A stretch of DNA of 64,000 nt from positions 8,680,001 through 8,744,000 of the forward strand of contig OX597838.1 in NCBI GenBank assembly GCA_951406725.2, in the 5' to 3' direction. Of the stretch, positions 12,779-27,848 are shown piece by piece. A program made the translations under genes and the position numbers. The notes under the pieces are model-generated. The model searched no databases. It was not told the DNA's origin and worked only from the letters and a program-made list of their open reading frames with translations. Position 1 is the stretch's first letter, and every line of letters starts with the position of its first letter. Origin of the DNA: Octopus vulgaris (lineage: Eukaryota).

Positions 12779-13583
12779 GTTTTACCAGTGAAGGACTCAT
12801 TGCCTCTGATATCGTTTTTTATAAAGGAAGAAAAAAATTCGTCAAATGAATTGGGGTTATGTAGAGAGGAGGGATTAGGTGAAAGGAAATGTTAGGAAGG
12901 GATGGGGGCGGAGAGAAGACCGAAAGGGAACGCTCACCGGGTATGAGAAAGAGTGAGAACAACAGGAGGAGAAGGAGGTGGTGGTGGTGGTGGTGGTGGT
13001 GGATGAGGAGAAGAAGAAAAAGAAGAAAGGAAGAGGAAGGGGAAGAAGGTGAAAGGAAGAATAGATAAAAGGGAGGGGAAGAGAGAAAGAGCTGGAAAGT
13101 AAGGAGGTGGAAAAGAAGGAATAGAAGACAAAAACTTAGGAGGAGGAGGAGGAGAATATAGAGGAGGCGGTGGGGGAGGCTGACTTAAATATGTAATATG
13201 TACGCGGTAATATTCTACTTTACAATTTGATGATGAGATATCATTGATTGGTGATGACGACATTAGCAATGACGGTGGTGGTGGTGGTGGTGGTGGTGGT
13301 GGTAGTGGTGGTAGAGGCGACGTCAGCGGCGGCAAACTGAAAACAATAAGAACAAAACAGCTACATATATGTAGAGAGATATAAGATATAGATACGTATA
13401 TCTGTATATGTATATACGTACGTATATGTGTATGTATGTATGCATACATATGTCATACATACATATTCACATGCATACATGCATTCATGCATACGTACAT
13501 ACATACATACATACATGCAGTCATATATATATACACGTATATACACATACAAGCATATATTCATTTATACATATACACACATG

Positions 13584-13619
<36 letters not shown>

Positions 13620-13631
13620 CATACGCACATG

Positions 13632-13717
<86 letters not shown>

Positions 13718-13869
13718 TATACACATATATATATTCACATGTAGATATATACAAACATATATATATATATATACATTCATACAGACATACAAACTTACAT
13801 ACACACAAACATATCAAACACACACACACACCCTCACTCACACACACACACACACACACACACATACAT

Positions 13870-13909
<40 letters not shown>

Positions 13910-14191
13910 ATATATATATATACACATACACACATGCAGATATTCATACTATATATACACCCACCGACCACCTTCCACCTGAAACTACGCACTCCACCCA
14001 TCCACCGCCCTCCACCACTTCCCTCCACCACCAAAGAACTAATTTTCCCAGGCTATATAATTTGGCAGGAAAGAAAATAGAATTACAAGGAAATATATTT
14101 ATTCGAAGAATTTCTACATACGTGTCAAATGATTGCTTGTACAATTTGACGACGATACCCAGAATAATTTCATCGCAACGTATCTGCATAT

Positions 14192-14271
<80 letters not shown>

Positions 14272-14550
14272 TGTGTGTGTGTGTGTGGTTTGTTTGAGGA
14301 GATAGAGCAGAAATTATGAATAAATAATTCTTCTTTATGCTTCTAATATAGGTAATATACATGATATATGGGTGAGTGTGTGTGTATGTGCACGTATGTA
14401 TGTATGTATGGGTGTGTGTGTATGTATGCATGCATGTATGTATGCGTGAATGTAGGTTTTGCATAAGTTTATATGTATGTATGTATATGTATGAATTTAC
14501 GCGATGCATGTTTGTATGTATGCAGGTGAGTATGTATGAATGTATATATA

Positions 14551-14608
<58 letters not shown>

Positions 14609-14727
14609 TGTATGTATGTATGTATGTATGTATATGTATATATATATATATATATATATGTAAATGTATATATATATATATGTATACAAATATATATATA
14701 TTTATATAGATATATAGATACATACAA

Positions 14728-14767
<40 letters not shown>

Positions 14768-14772
14768 AAGAG

Positions 14773-14815
<43 letters not shown>

Positions 14816-15280
14816 GACAGAGAGAGAGACTTTTTATGCTTCCTATATACCTAGTATACATATATGTTAGTATTTGTATAGGAATGGAGGAGGAGGAGGG
14901 GGAGGAGGAAGAGGAGGAGGAGGGGAAGGAATCGAAGGGGAAGGAGGAGAAATTGTGTGGGAGGAGAGGTGAGGGATAAAAGACAGTGATAGAGAGGGGA
15001 GAGAGAGAGGGGGAAAGGGAGAGGCAAAGGAAAAAGATGATAGAGATGTAGGGGAGGAATGGAAAGAAACGTGTGAGAGAGAGATGGAGAGGGAAAGAGA
15101 GAGAGAGAATGGCTGTGGGAGGGAGAGGGGGAACGAAAGAAAGAAAGAAAGAAAGAAGGAAGGAAAAAGGAGAAGAAAAGAAAAAAGAAGGAAGCCTTCA
15201 AGTAGACTGAGAAACAGACACACAGACAGACAGATAGAAAGGCAAACATTCAGACAGACAGACAGACAGACTGACAGATT

Positions 15281-15312
<32 letters not shown>

Positions 15313-15356
15313 TACACAGAAGGATAGACAGACTGACAGATAGACAGACAGTCACG

Positions 15357-15700
<344 letters not shown>

Positions 15701-15760
15701 AGATAGATAGATAGATAGATAGATAGACAGGTAGGTAGACAGACAGACAGGCAGGCAGAC

Positions 15761-15837
<77 letters not shown>

Positions 15838-15962
15838 CAAAGGAACAAAAAAGGAAAGAAAGATGAAAGAAGCATAGAAAGAATGAAAGAAATCTGATGA
15901 ATTTATCTCTTTAAGAACTTATCTTGTTTCATCACCATAGCAATTAACCTAATTACCAGCAA

Positions 15963-15994
<32 letters not shown>

Positions 15995-16828
15995 CTACCA
16001 TTATCAACGTCATCGTCGTCGTCGTCGTCAGCATCGTGAGAAATCATCTTTGTAACCAATCACGATCATCACCATCACCATCATCAACATCATCAACATC
16101 ATCACCATTATCATCATCATCAACATCATCATTAAGGCAAGCAAGTTTTATTATCATTATTGTCGCAATGATTGGATGGCATATTTCAATCTTCGACAAA
16201 TTGCTTAAAATTTCATTGGTAGAAAACTCGCTAAGTGGGGATATTTGCACAAGCAGACGATAAGAGACGGAAAATGCGGCTTTTTTCAATTGGATTGTTT
16301 CATTCGCCATTTTTAATATTGCAATCAGGTGCAATTTTTGTGTCAATCTAATGTTTCTTCTTCTAATTAGCATCATCTAATCAACGAATGTTAATCAATA
16401 AATCAACGAATGTATTTTGTAAATACATTTCGAAGCAGCCGGTTTATTATTTTGTTTTTTTTTTCCTTTTCTTCTTATCATTATTGTCGTTAGCTCTGTT
16501 GTTGTTGTTGTTGTTGTTGTTGTTGCTCTTCTTTTTTTTTGTTTTTTTGTTGTTGTTATTGTTGCTGAAGCTGCTGCTGCTGCTGTTTCCGTTTTGTTTT
16601 TGCTTTCTTTGGTTGTTTGTTGTTTGAATTGTGACTTTTTTTTTTATTTTTGTTGCTTTTTTGTTGTTTGTTTGTTGGTTTTATTACATCGTTAGGAAAT
16701 TATTCTCATCACACTTCGGTACACATTCAATTTTCGAAACTTCTCGCAAACAACTTCTTTCTTCAAAAACAAATCTCTCTCTCCCTCTCTCTCTCCCTCT
16801 CTCTCTCCCTCCCTCCCTCTTTCCCTCT

Positions 16829-16868
<40 letters not shown>

Positions 16869-16976
16869 ATGTATGTATAGATGTAAGCAATCATGCGTAC
16901 GGAAATCATTTCGTATATAAATATGTGTGTGCGTGTATATACGCGCATATATGTGTCTATGCATATGTTTACACAC

Positions 16977-17032
<56 letters not shown>

Positions 17033-17067
17033 TACACATACATACACACAGTATCAATAAACATGCA

Positions 17068-17155
<88 letters not shown>

Positions 17156-17160
17156 GTAGG

Positions 17161-17258
<98 letters not shown>

Positions 17259-17433
17259 TTAGTATATACCTATGTATACATATACATATGTGTGTGTTTG
17301 TGTGTGTGTGAGAGAGAGAGAGGGGGTATTTATATGTATCTATGTATGTATAATTTTTTGTGCTGCACATATAATTACTAAGCATGTTTATACAGATAGT
17401 TAATGTATGTAAAATACATAAGATGCATCGTAC

Positions 17434-17481
<48 letters not shown>

Positions 17482-17754
17482 ACATCTGCGTGTGTGTGTG
17501 TGTGCGTGTATGTATAGCTATTTCGTGCGACGTCGTCATCGGAGAAGATTAGAGCGAATAGATATCTTCACACATATACAGACACGTGTTTCGTGAAACC
17601 AAACGAAAGGTGTAAATAGACTTGCACATATTTCCAGCAACGAAAATTACCACTCAGTCACGTACACGTACAAAACACGCACAAAAAACACACACTACAT
17701 ACATACACACATACACATACATACATAAACACATACATATTGATACATACCTAC

Positions 17755-17812
<58 letters not shown>

Positions 17813-17951
17813 ATATGTATGTACGTAAGCACACATTGCAAAAACACGTATGTATTTTAATATGTAATAAGCAAGCTATTATTCTAGTGTGTTAATCCTA
17901 TTTAAATACGAAATATCTAATATATTAAATACACTGAACGAGATTATGTGT

Positions 17952-17993
<42 letters not shown>

Positions 17994-18802
17994 TTACTTC
18001 GTTGATTGAGTTCTTTGTAAAATGCTTTTACACATGAAATATGTCTTGTTCTGCCAAGAAATGATATTTCGCTATTAATTTCATTGTACTTCATGTTTAA
18101 ATTGGTCCGAAATTACATTTTGCTTTCAATTCTCGAGATTAGAATTCTTTCTGTAAAAATCTTTGTTGCTCAGATTAACTACGACTCGTTAAGATGTTTT
18201 CGGCTCAAACGAAAGAATTCCAAGCCGGGAGTGCTGGTCGTGGTGGTGGTACTGTCAGCGAAAGACTGACCAATCCATTAAACGAGTAAGAAGTTCCCTG
18301 TACAACCCCCAAAGCCCCGGGTTCAAGCCCAATGCGTAGCATCTTGCAGAAGTGTTCCCTTAGCATTTTTTTTTTTCCTTTTACCATAAACTTCGAATTG
18401 ACCCAAATGGATGAGATTAGGGAGACAAAACTGTGTGGAAGGAAACTGCCCAAATGGCCTGTCCTTATCGGCAAAATCCCAGCCTTCTCACATACCGTAG
18501 AATACTGCCTCTGCCCATTTATTGTGTTAACGATGTACATGACTATGGAATACTCAGCCACTGGCGCGCTAATTCAATGAGATGGGGAGCTTAGTTCAGT
18601 AAACATCTCGAACATCATTCTCAGAATTATAACAGAGAATCGTGTAGAGTTTTTTGTTTTTTAGTAATCAAGCAACATCTTCGAATCTGCTAATTAAGCT
18701 CATTTACAAGATATCTGGGAGTGTCTGCAACTTAGTGCCGAACAAATATAACAAAGGTATTTAATAGAAGAGCACCGATGATATTTCCATCATTTTTCGA
18801 TA

Positions 18803-18964
18803 TTGTGACTGTGTGGTAAGAAGCTTGCTTCCCACCTACAGGGTTCCGAGTTCAGTCCCACTTTGTGGTGCCCTAAACAAGTGTCTTGTACTATAGCCTC
18901 CGAGTGACTAAAACCTTCTGAATGGATTTGGTAGGCAGAAACTGGAAGAAGACCGTCATATATA

Positions 18965-19005
<41 letters not shown>

Positions 19006-19170
19006 GGAAAGTTTACGAAAATAAACAAAAGACGAAGGCAGGTGGTGTACAGACAAACAGATGTATTAGTATAACGCTCAGGAATGGAAAAAGTCTTTAA
19101 TGTTTCGAGCCTACGCTCTTCGACAGAAAGGTACACAGAAAAAAATGTGTGTAGTGGCTAACGATCTATC

Positions 19171-19202
<32 letters not shown>

Positions 19203-19211
19203 ATATATATA

Positions 19212-19298
<87 letters not shown>

Positions 19299-19530
19299 GT
19301 CTTAGTGTCGTTGTATCTGTATTTATCCCCCACCAGCGCTTGACAACCGGTGCTGGTGAGTTTACGTCCCCGTTACATAGCGGTTAGGCCAAATGGACCG
19401 ACAGAGTCAGTAACACGCTTAACAAACACAAATAAGTACAGAGGCCGATTCCTTCAACTAAGAATTCTTCATGGTGGTGCCCCAGTATGGCCCGCAGTCT
19501 AAATGACTGAAACAAATAAAAGAAAAAAGA
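18803..19530 (+). mobile_element. SINE family A interrupted in its internal (TA)n by a family E hammerhead element (about 19002-19170)
   Basis: 5' half 18803-18958, 3' half about 19300-19530. Confidence 0.8.
19095..19130 (-). ncRNA. Minimal type I hammerhead-like motif (variant core CUGUCGA), family E
   Basis: CTTT-CTGTCGA-A-GAGC-GTAG-GCTC-GAA-ACAT-T-AAAG. Confidence 0.55.
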
Positions 19531-19918
19531 AAAAAAACATATATATCGAAGAGACTTCTCCAAAGTGCCATTCGATTAGATTGAACCCGAGAACAAGTGA
19601 TTGGAAAGCGAACTTCTTAACCATGCTTCGATATATATCGAAGGCTTGGAATAACTACTTTCAGGTCCGAGAGATGTTAAGCAGAATACTATGTGATTCT
19701 TGTGTAGATTAGTGGACGACTTATGTGGCAATTGGCTGTCCAAGATGGCTGCGAACAACCAAGGCCACGGCCGCCATTATCTCCAGTAACACTGACCCAC
19801 CACCAAGCTGCCGCCATCATCATCTCCACCATTTTAAATTGCCGAAGATACACAACAGGAAAAGTGAGTCGTTTCCTCATGTCATAACAATCCATTAAGG
19901 CACATATAGATGTGTATG

Positions 19919-19958
<40 letters not shown>

Positions 19959-19963
19959 TACAT

Positions 19964-20027
<64 letters not shown>

Positions 20028-20056
20028 ATATACACATATACATATATATATAAATA

Positions 20057-20096
<40 letters not shown>

Positions 20097-20203
20097 CATA
20101 TGTATATATATACACAAATACATATATATATATACATATATATATATACATAAACATGTATATATGCATATAAATACACATGTATTATATATACGGTATG
20201 TAT

Positions 20204-20235
<32 letters not shown>

Positions 20236-20341
20236 CACACCCACCCACATATATCTATATATATAAGTGCATATACATGTGGATATAAACGTGTGTGCGT
20301 GTGTATGCATTCATACACATATACCTATATGTATATATATA

Positions 20342-20401
<60 letters not shown>

Positions 20402-20744
20402 TGTATGTATGTATGTATGTATGTATATGTACGTACATTTGTGTGTGTCTGTGTGTATATATATCTATGTGTGAATGTATGAATGTAAGTATGTATATGA
20501 AACTAAATGAAATCTACATATAATCTCCTTATTTGTTAACTAATGTAAAGTGACACGTAATATATACATATATATATATATATTTATACATGCACATACA
20601 TACATATATACATATATATATATCTACATATACACATATCTATATATACATGTATATATACACATACACATACAAAACATAAATGTTGCTATATGCCTAT
20701 AATTTTATATATTCTGATACACACATACACGCACTTGCGTACGC

Positions 20745-20797
<53 letters not shown>

Positions 20798-21097
20798 CAC
20801 ACACACACACAGAAACACACACACAGAGACACACACACACACACACATGTTAAATGCCAGTATTGAAAGTTAAAGAAAGAATCCTATCGTTATTTTAGAA
20901 AAAAAATTTGATCGGAATTTTAAATCTAAGAGAAATACAATGAAATTATTGTATTCTGTTGAGCTTTCAACTTCAATCAGTCCACCAGCTTAACGCTAAT
21001 GTATATATGTGGGTATATGTATGTGTGTGTGTGTGTGCACGTGCGTGTATGTAAGTATACACACGCATACATATATAGACATATGTGTATGTATGTT

Positions 21098-21184
<87 letters not shown>

Positions 21185-21451
21185 GTACGTATGTATGTAT
21201 ATGTACATGTATGTATATATATGACGCACACACACATATATGGCATAAATGTATATATATACATATTTATATATATATATGCATATGTGTTTTTGTATGT
21301 GTATATATATATATATAGATATGTATGTATATATAGAGAGAGTGAGAGAGATAGATAAATATATACATACATATATATGTATATGTTTATATATATATAT
21401 GTATAAGTATATACGCATATATATGTGTGTGTGTATGTAGATAGATAGATG

Positions 21452-21500
<49 letters not shown>

Positions 21501-21764
21501 ACAGGTAGGTAGATAAGTATCTATATGCACTTATTTGTGTGTGTGTGTGTGTGTATCTATATTTTTGCATATGAAATACATATGTATTATAAAAATACGC
21601 ATGTATTACATATATTATACATATGCATTATATATAAAATACCGGTGAGATATGTAATAAATCTAATAGGTTTTTATTGATAGCAATAAGTCGAAAAAAT
21701 TACATTTTAACATCAGTTCTACATTCTTATCTGCCTACACATGTTTCTGTTATATATATATACA

Positions 21765-21877
<113 letters not shown>

Positions 21878-22472
21878 CATATATATATACACATATATAT
21901 ATACACATATATATATACATACATACATACAAATATACGTACATATATATGTCTGTGTGTGTATGTGTGTATGCGTGCATTCCCACAAGAGTGCGCCTAC
22001 ATGTATATCACGTGATCGGTGAGACTATCGGTCGTTGTTATACATCGCTGGTCACAGTGCACTTTTGCATCGTTTCAGGTTTCGAATGATGTTGCCCCGC
22101 AGGTTAGGCGAGCGGGACAGCATTCCACCCCACCTTCAATCCCAAAGTTTGTCCATTGTAGTGTTGCCCATCCCCCTCACTCCCACCCGCATTCTATCCT
22201 TTTTCAGCTGAGTGGAATGGAGTAATGTAAAAGTGAAGTGTTTTGCTCAAGAACACACAACACGCCGCCTGGTCTAGGGATTGAACCCACTGTCTAGCGA
22301 TCGGGAGTGCAATACCCAAAGCACTGGGCCACCTTCGCAAATGTGTATGTATGTATGTGTGTATGTGTGTATGAGTGTATTTGGATATATTTGGGATACT
22401 TAGGTCCGCTCAAGACTTAGTGCTTGCTTTTTCCATGGGTATGAATAAGTATTTCATCTATGTCTTACGTAT

Positions 22473-22533
22473 TTATCGCTGAGGAGGGGAAAATTTTTAT
22501 GAATTAACTCTGAAATTGGGACCAATACGGTAA
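22473..22533 (+). ncRNA. Type I hammerhead ribozyme
   Basis: TTATCG-CTGAGGA-GGGG...CTCT-GAA-ATTGG-GA-CCAAT-A-CGGTAA; stems I and III pair, stem II has G-U pairs. Confidence 0.7.
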
Positions 22534-22712
22534 TAACGGAACTTTTTAGAAATTTCTATCGGCTTGTTTCGAGACGCATAAATTATAATGGTTATCGACA
22601 ATTTGTCGTTTTTCGGCATATTTGGCATTAGAATTTTTCTTTTGCCTTAATTGGTAAATATATATATATATTAATAGTTATCGCTAACATGACATATATA
22701 TATATGTATGTA

Positions 22713-22809
<97 letters not shown>

Positions 22810-22816
22810 ATATGTA

Positions 22817-23003
<187 letters not shown>

Positions 23004-23112
23004 TTCGAGACAAAACCACTATTTTGCAAAACAAACAAGGAAATACTTAATCAATACATCATTATAACCTTCGAACAGGGGAGGTCAGCAGCTTCCCCTG
23101 GCTGGTTTGACA

Positions 23113-23155
23113 TCCACAGACTAGATTCGAGGTAGTTGCCATTCATCAATGTGGA
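23113..23155 (-). ncRNA. Degenerate type I hammerhead
   Basis: TCCACA-TTGATGA-ATGGCAACTACCTC-GAA-TCTAGT-C-TGTGGA; perfect 6-bp stem I, two core substitutions. Confidence 0.5.
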
Positions 23156-23300
23156 GTAGCCGAACCCATAGCTAGCAAGAGGCGATGGCCTCTTGGAGCT
23201 AATCTATTATTTCTGGACTGCCATGTTAGTATGGTGATAACTATTATCAAGTACCGCTGCCGTAGTCTCCTTTAGAGAGATTTAGAAATATTAATATTTC

Positions 23301-23361
<61 letters not shown>

Positions 23362-23639
23362 CATACATACATACATACATACATACATACATACATACAT
23401 ACATACATACATACATACATGCATGTATATATTTATGTGTGTGTGTCTGCCATCACCGCTTGACAACCGGTGTTGATGTATTTACATCCCTGTAACTTAG
23501 TAGTTCGGCCAAAGAAACCGATCGAGTAAGTACTAAGCTTAAAATATGTCCTGGGGTCGATTTGTTCGACTAAAGAAAAAGAAAATCATTTCAAGGCCTT
23601 GCTCCAGCTTGGCCACAGTCAAATGACTGAAGCAAGGTT

Positions 23640-24184
<545 letters not shown>

Positions 24185-24605
24185 CTTTTCTCTTTTTTGA
24201 CCAGACCATCAGATGTTGTTACACATCGCTGGTCACAATGCGTTTGCATTGTTTATATATATATATTTATAAACATCAATATATAATATTAGATATGCGT
24301 GTATGCTTGTGTGTGCGAGTGCGAGTGCGTGTGTGTGCGTGCGTGTACGTGTGTATGTGTGCGTGAGCGCGTGTGTGCGAGCGCGTGTAAATTATTTTAA
24401 AAGCATGTGATAATTTCATGCGCCTAATTATACACACGCACACACACACATGCACTCTCATACTCAGTCACGTTCACACACACACACACACACGCGCACA
24501 CACACGCATACAGACGCACACACACATACACACACACAAAACACTTTGTTGCAGAATGACGAACCACCATGTAAAGCTTCCGAATTTTGTTTCTGTGTGT
24601 GTGTG

Positions 24606-24638
<33 letters not shown>

Positions 24639-24841
24639 ATACGATTGCGTGTTGAAATATGCGTGTATATGTATGTGTGTCAACAGACGCACATAAATAC
24701 ACTCACGTATATGTATGTATATGTGTGTGTATATGTGTGTGTGTGTACAAATGTGTGCACGTGTGTGTGTAAATACATATATGTACATCTATACACATAC
24801 ACACACATTCATACATACAAATATGTCTCTATTTGCATGTG

Positions 24842-24879
<38 letters not shown>

Positions 24880-24990
24880 CCTGCGTGTGTTAGTGCGTGC
24901 GTGTGTGGTAGTGTGTGTGCGTGTAAGTGTGTGTGTGCGTGTGTGTGTGCAAGTGTGTGTGTGTGCGTGTGTAAGTATGTGTGTGTGTGT

Positions 24991-25045
<55 letters not shown>

Positions 25046-25866
25046 CGTGTGTGTGCCGTAGAAGGAGAAGGTGCCGGCGGCTAGGAGCTATAAGCTGGTA
25101 AAATTGAAGCGCCTCCATCTTGAATTGTAATTCAGGCGAATTACTCGTGTGAACAAGCGTTCACGCTTGATTTCCGTTCTCTTGATACTTTTGACAGTTG
25201 GCTGGCTTTGAACAAATCACAACAAGGCAACCCTTGACTGGGAGGCACAAGTGGCGGAGGACTGTCGTGAGGAGGGAGGGTGGAGCTGATTACGGCGGCG
25301 GCGGTGGTGGTGGTGGTGGTAGTGGTGGTGGTGGCGTTGGTAGTGTTGGCTGTGGCTGGTGGTGTTGCTGGTGGGTGGTGGTGGTGGTGGTGGTGGTGGT
25401 GGTGGTAGTGGTGGCTGTGTTGCTCGTGGTGGTGGTGGTGGCTTTGGTGGTGGTGGTAGCTGTGTTGTTGGTGGTAGTATTGGTGGTAGCTGTGTTGTTG
25501 GTGGTAGTATTGGTGGTGGTGGTGGTGGTGGTGGTGGTGGTGGTGGTGGCGTTGATGGTGGTGGCTGTGTTGCTCGTGGTGGTAGTGGTGGTGGTTGTAG
25601 TAGGAAACGGAGAAGAGGAGACCACTAGATGTCACTATTATTATGAGCTGTCGTGGTAGTGATCGTTGAAGTTTGTGGTAGTGGCGGTGGTAGTGGTAGT
25701 GGTGTCGTCGTGGCGGTCGTGGCGATGGTTGTGATGGTCATATGTAGGGATGATGACCCCGTTGTTGGTCATATTAATCTGTGTAGTCTTTGATGTTGCT
25801 GTTGTTGTTGTTGTTGGCCGTGGTGGTAGCGGTAGCCGTAGTAGTGATGGTGGTGATGGTGATGGC

Positions 25867-25910
<44 letters not shown>

Positions 25911-25926
25911 AAGCAGCAGCAGCACC

Positions 25927-25960
<34 letters not shown>

Positions 25961-26723
25961 TGGCGATGGCAGTGGTGCTAGTGTTGCAGCTGATGTTGTG
26001 GCGGTGGTGGTGTCGGATGTGCTGCTGGTGGTGATGTGGAAGGAATGATGACCATAAAAATGTCATTTTTGGTGGGGTCTAAACCTCGCTCCTCGGTCGG
26101 GTTTGGATAGGCTCGGACTATCTAATTGCAGATCTTTCAGTTTCTCAGTCATTCGAGTGGTTTCTGCCCTTTTTGGGGACTTAGAGAAATAATTAGTCCA
26201 TACCAAGGACCGAAGCGGAAGATCCGGCGATTTTGGGGTCCTCCTCGGATCTAGTTTTTTTGTTTTTTATTTTTTCATTCGCAAAATATGCATTTTTTAA
26301 AAAAGACAGTAAAAATCTGAAAATCGGTTATGATATAATAAAGTTTTACAGTCTAATTGCTATGAAGGTATGTTGTGGACGAAAAAAATTGAAGGTTTAT
26401 AAATAGAAAAAAAATGTGTACAGAAATTTTCTGCGTTTAGCGAAGCGGTGTCGACTTTAAGGTTGTACCCTGTGAAATTTATAGTTTAGCGCCTGTGAAA
26501 TGACCTCTTCATTGTAGGTTTCTAAATAAACAGAAATACCTAATAAAATCAACATGTATCATCTCACTGTTTCTTTGTCTCTTCATTGATTGAATGTTTT
26601 TATTATTTTTTATTTTAATTTGTAATATAAATATATTTGTTTGCATGGGTTTACGTTATGCGTATTTCAGTATTATGGTTACCTGTCATGTATTTGTGTG
26701 CATCAATAATATATAAATGCGTG

Positions 26724-26792
<69 letters not shown>

Positions 26793-27178
26793 AGGGGGCG
26801 TCTGTCTCCAAAACTTCAAAGTTGAGTAACGTTTTCATGCTTGGATTTGTATCCTACGATAAGAATAACACTGGTCAACAAAGAATTTGTTCGAAGAAAA
26901 AGAATACCTGTATCTTATATGTTTTAGCATGCAGAATTCAAAAACAATGTCAAATTATCTGTACCAAGTTCCCATATTCCATTCACCTTCATAATGCCAA
27001 GAAACTGTATAAACATCGCAAACATCTTTTGCTATATATGAAAATTATGTAAAATATTAAGACAATTGGCGAAACACATCTATAATAAAATTCTAATTGA
27101 TAAATATAAATTTTTATTAAAACAAATCACACAGGTGAAGTAAATCTCGTGGAGTGAAGCATCAACACAGCATGTGCA

Positions 27179-27226
27179 GTTGTCATGGTAACAAGCCGTT
27201 AATGCCTCGCTGTCTGTTGATTGGCT
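27179..27226. promoter_or_regulatory. RFX X-box-like palindrome plus CCAAT box
   Basis: GTTGTCATGGTAAC (27179-27192) and TGATTGGCT (27218-27226); motif match only. Confidence 0.35.
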
Positions 27227-27231
27227 AAAAA

Positions 27232-27290
27232 ACAGGACAAGGAGAAACCAACAATAAGGGCCCCTTATTGTTGGTTTCTCCTTGTCCTGT
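27232..27290. repeat. Perfect inverted repeat, 29-bp arms with 1-nt spacer
   Basis: ACAGGACAAGGAGAAACCAACAATAAGGG-C-CCCTTATTGTTGGTTTCTCCTTGTCCTGT. Confidence 0.97.
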
Positions 27291-27430
27291 CTTTTACTGT
27301 TTTTATCGTTATTTGTACTGTTTTTCCTTATTTTTATTGCTTTTACGTCCTGTTCTTGTCACCTTTTTTTACCCCACCGCAAAACTGTTTTATTTAATTC
27401 GCTTTGCGGGAAGGATTGTTTCAACGTAGT

Positions 27431-27493
27431 CGTGTTCTGCCCTTACCTTCGAAACACGCAATGAGTCGAAACAGGGGCAGCTGAAGAAGGGGT
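27431..27493 (+). ncRNA. Non-circularly permuted (rearranged) hammerhead ribozyme candidate
   Basis: CGTGT-T-CTGCCCTT / A-CCTTC-GAA-ACACG / 14-nt linker / AGGGGCAG-CTGAAGA-AGGGGT; intact core, stem I 8 bp, stem III 5 bp, stem II 4-5 bp with G-U. Confidence 0.7.
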
Positions 27494-27727
27494 ATGTCCC
27501 TTGTGTTGTTTGTCTTGTACTCTGTTCTTTCGTTGTTAAAAAAAGTCCGTTTCCTTGTTTCGTATTTATGTTTTCGTTTCTCGTTGTGTTCTACGTTTAT
27601 TTGAGGCGTCCTGTACCCATATATGCATGTATATATACATATAGATGTAGGTATGTACATATATGTATGTATGCATATGTTTTATTTATTAAATTGTTAT
27701 ATATATATGGATCTTTCCGTCTCCTAT

Positions 27728-27762
27728 GTTTCCGACGAAGAGGTCCGCTCGAAACGTTAAAC
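27728..27762 (+). ncRNA. Minimal type I hammerhead-like motif (core CCGACGA), family E (about 27710-27852)
   Basis: GTTT-CCGACGA-A-GAGG-TCC-GCTC-GAA-ACGT-T-AAAC. Confidence 0.6.
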
Positions 27763-27848
27763 CCTCCTTCTTTCCTGAGCATCCAATAATACTATATTTG
27801 TTCCACGTCCTCGCGTTGTTGTGTTTTTTTGTGCTTTCTTGATTGGAT

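Noticed and set aside
17513-17595. Minus-strand CCGATGA...GAA-ATAGCTAT-A and GAA-ACACGTGT-C
   Set aside because: Palindromic stem III-like parts but no stem I or consistent stem II
18205-18580. Overlapping 118-aa and 82-aa ORFs
   Set aside because: Region contains a SINE-like B box (GGGTTCAAGCCC) and no recognisable protein motif
26466-26487. TACCCTGTG resembling the miR-10 seed
   Set aside because: The rest of the mature sequence and a precursor hairpin are absent
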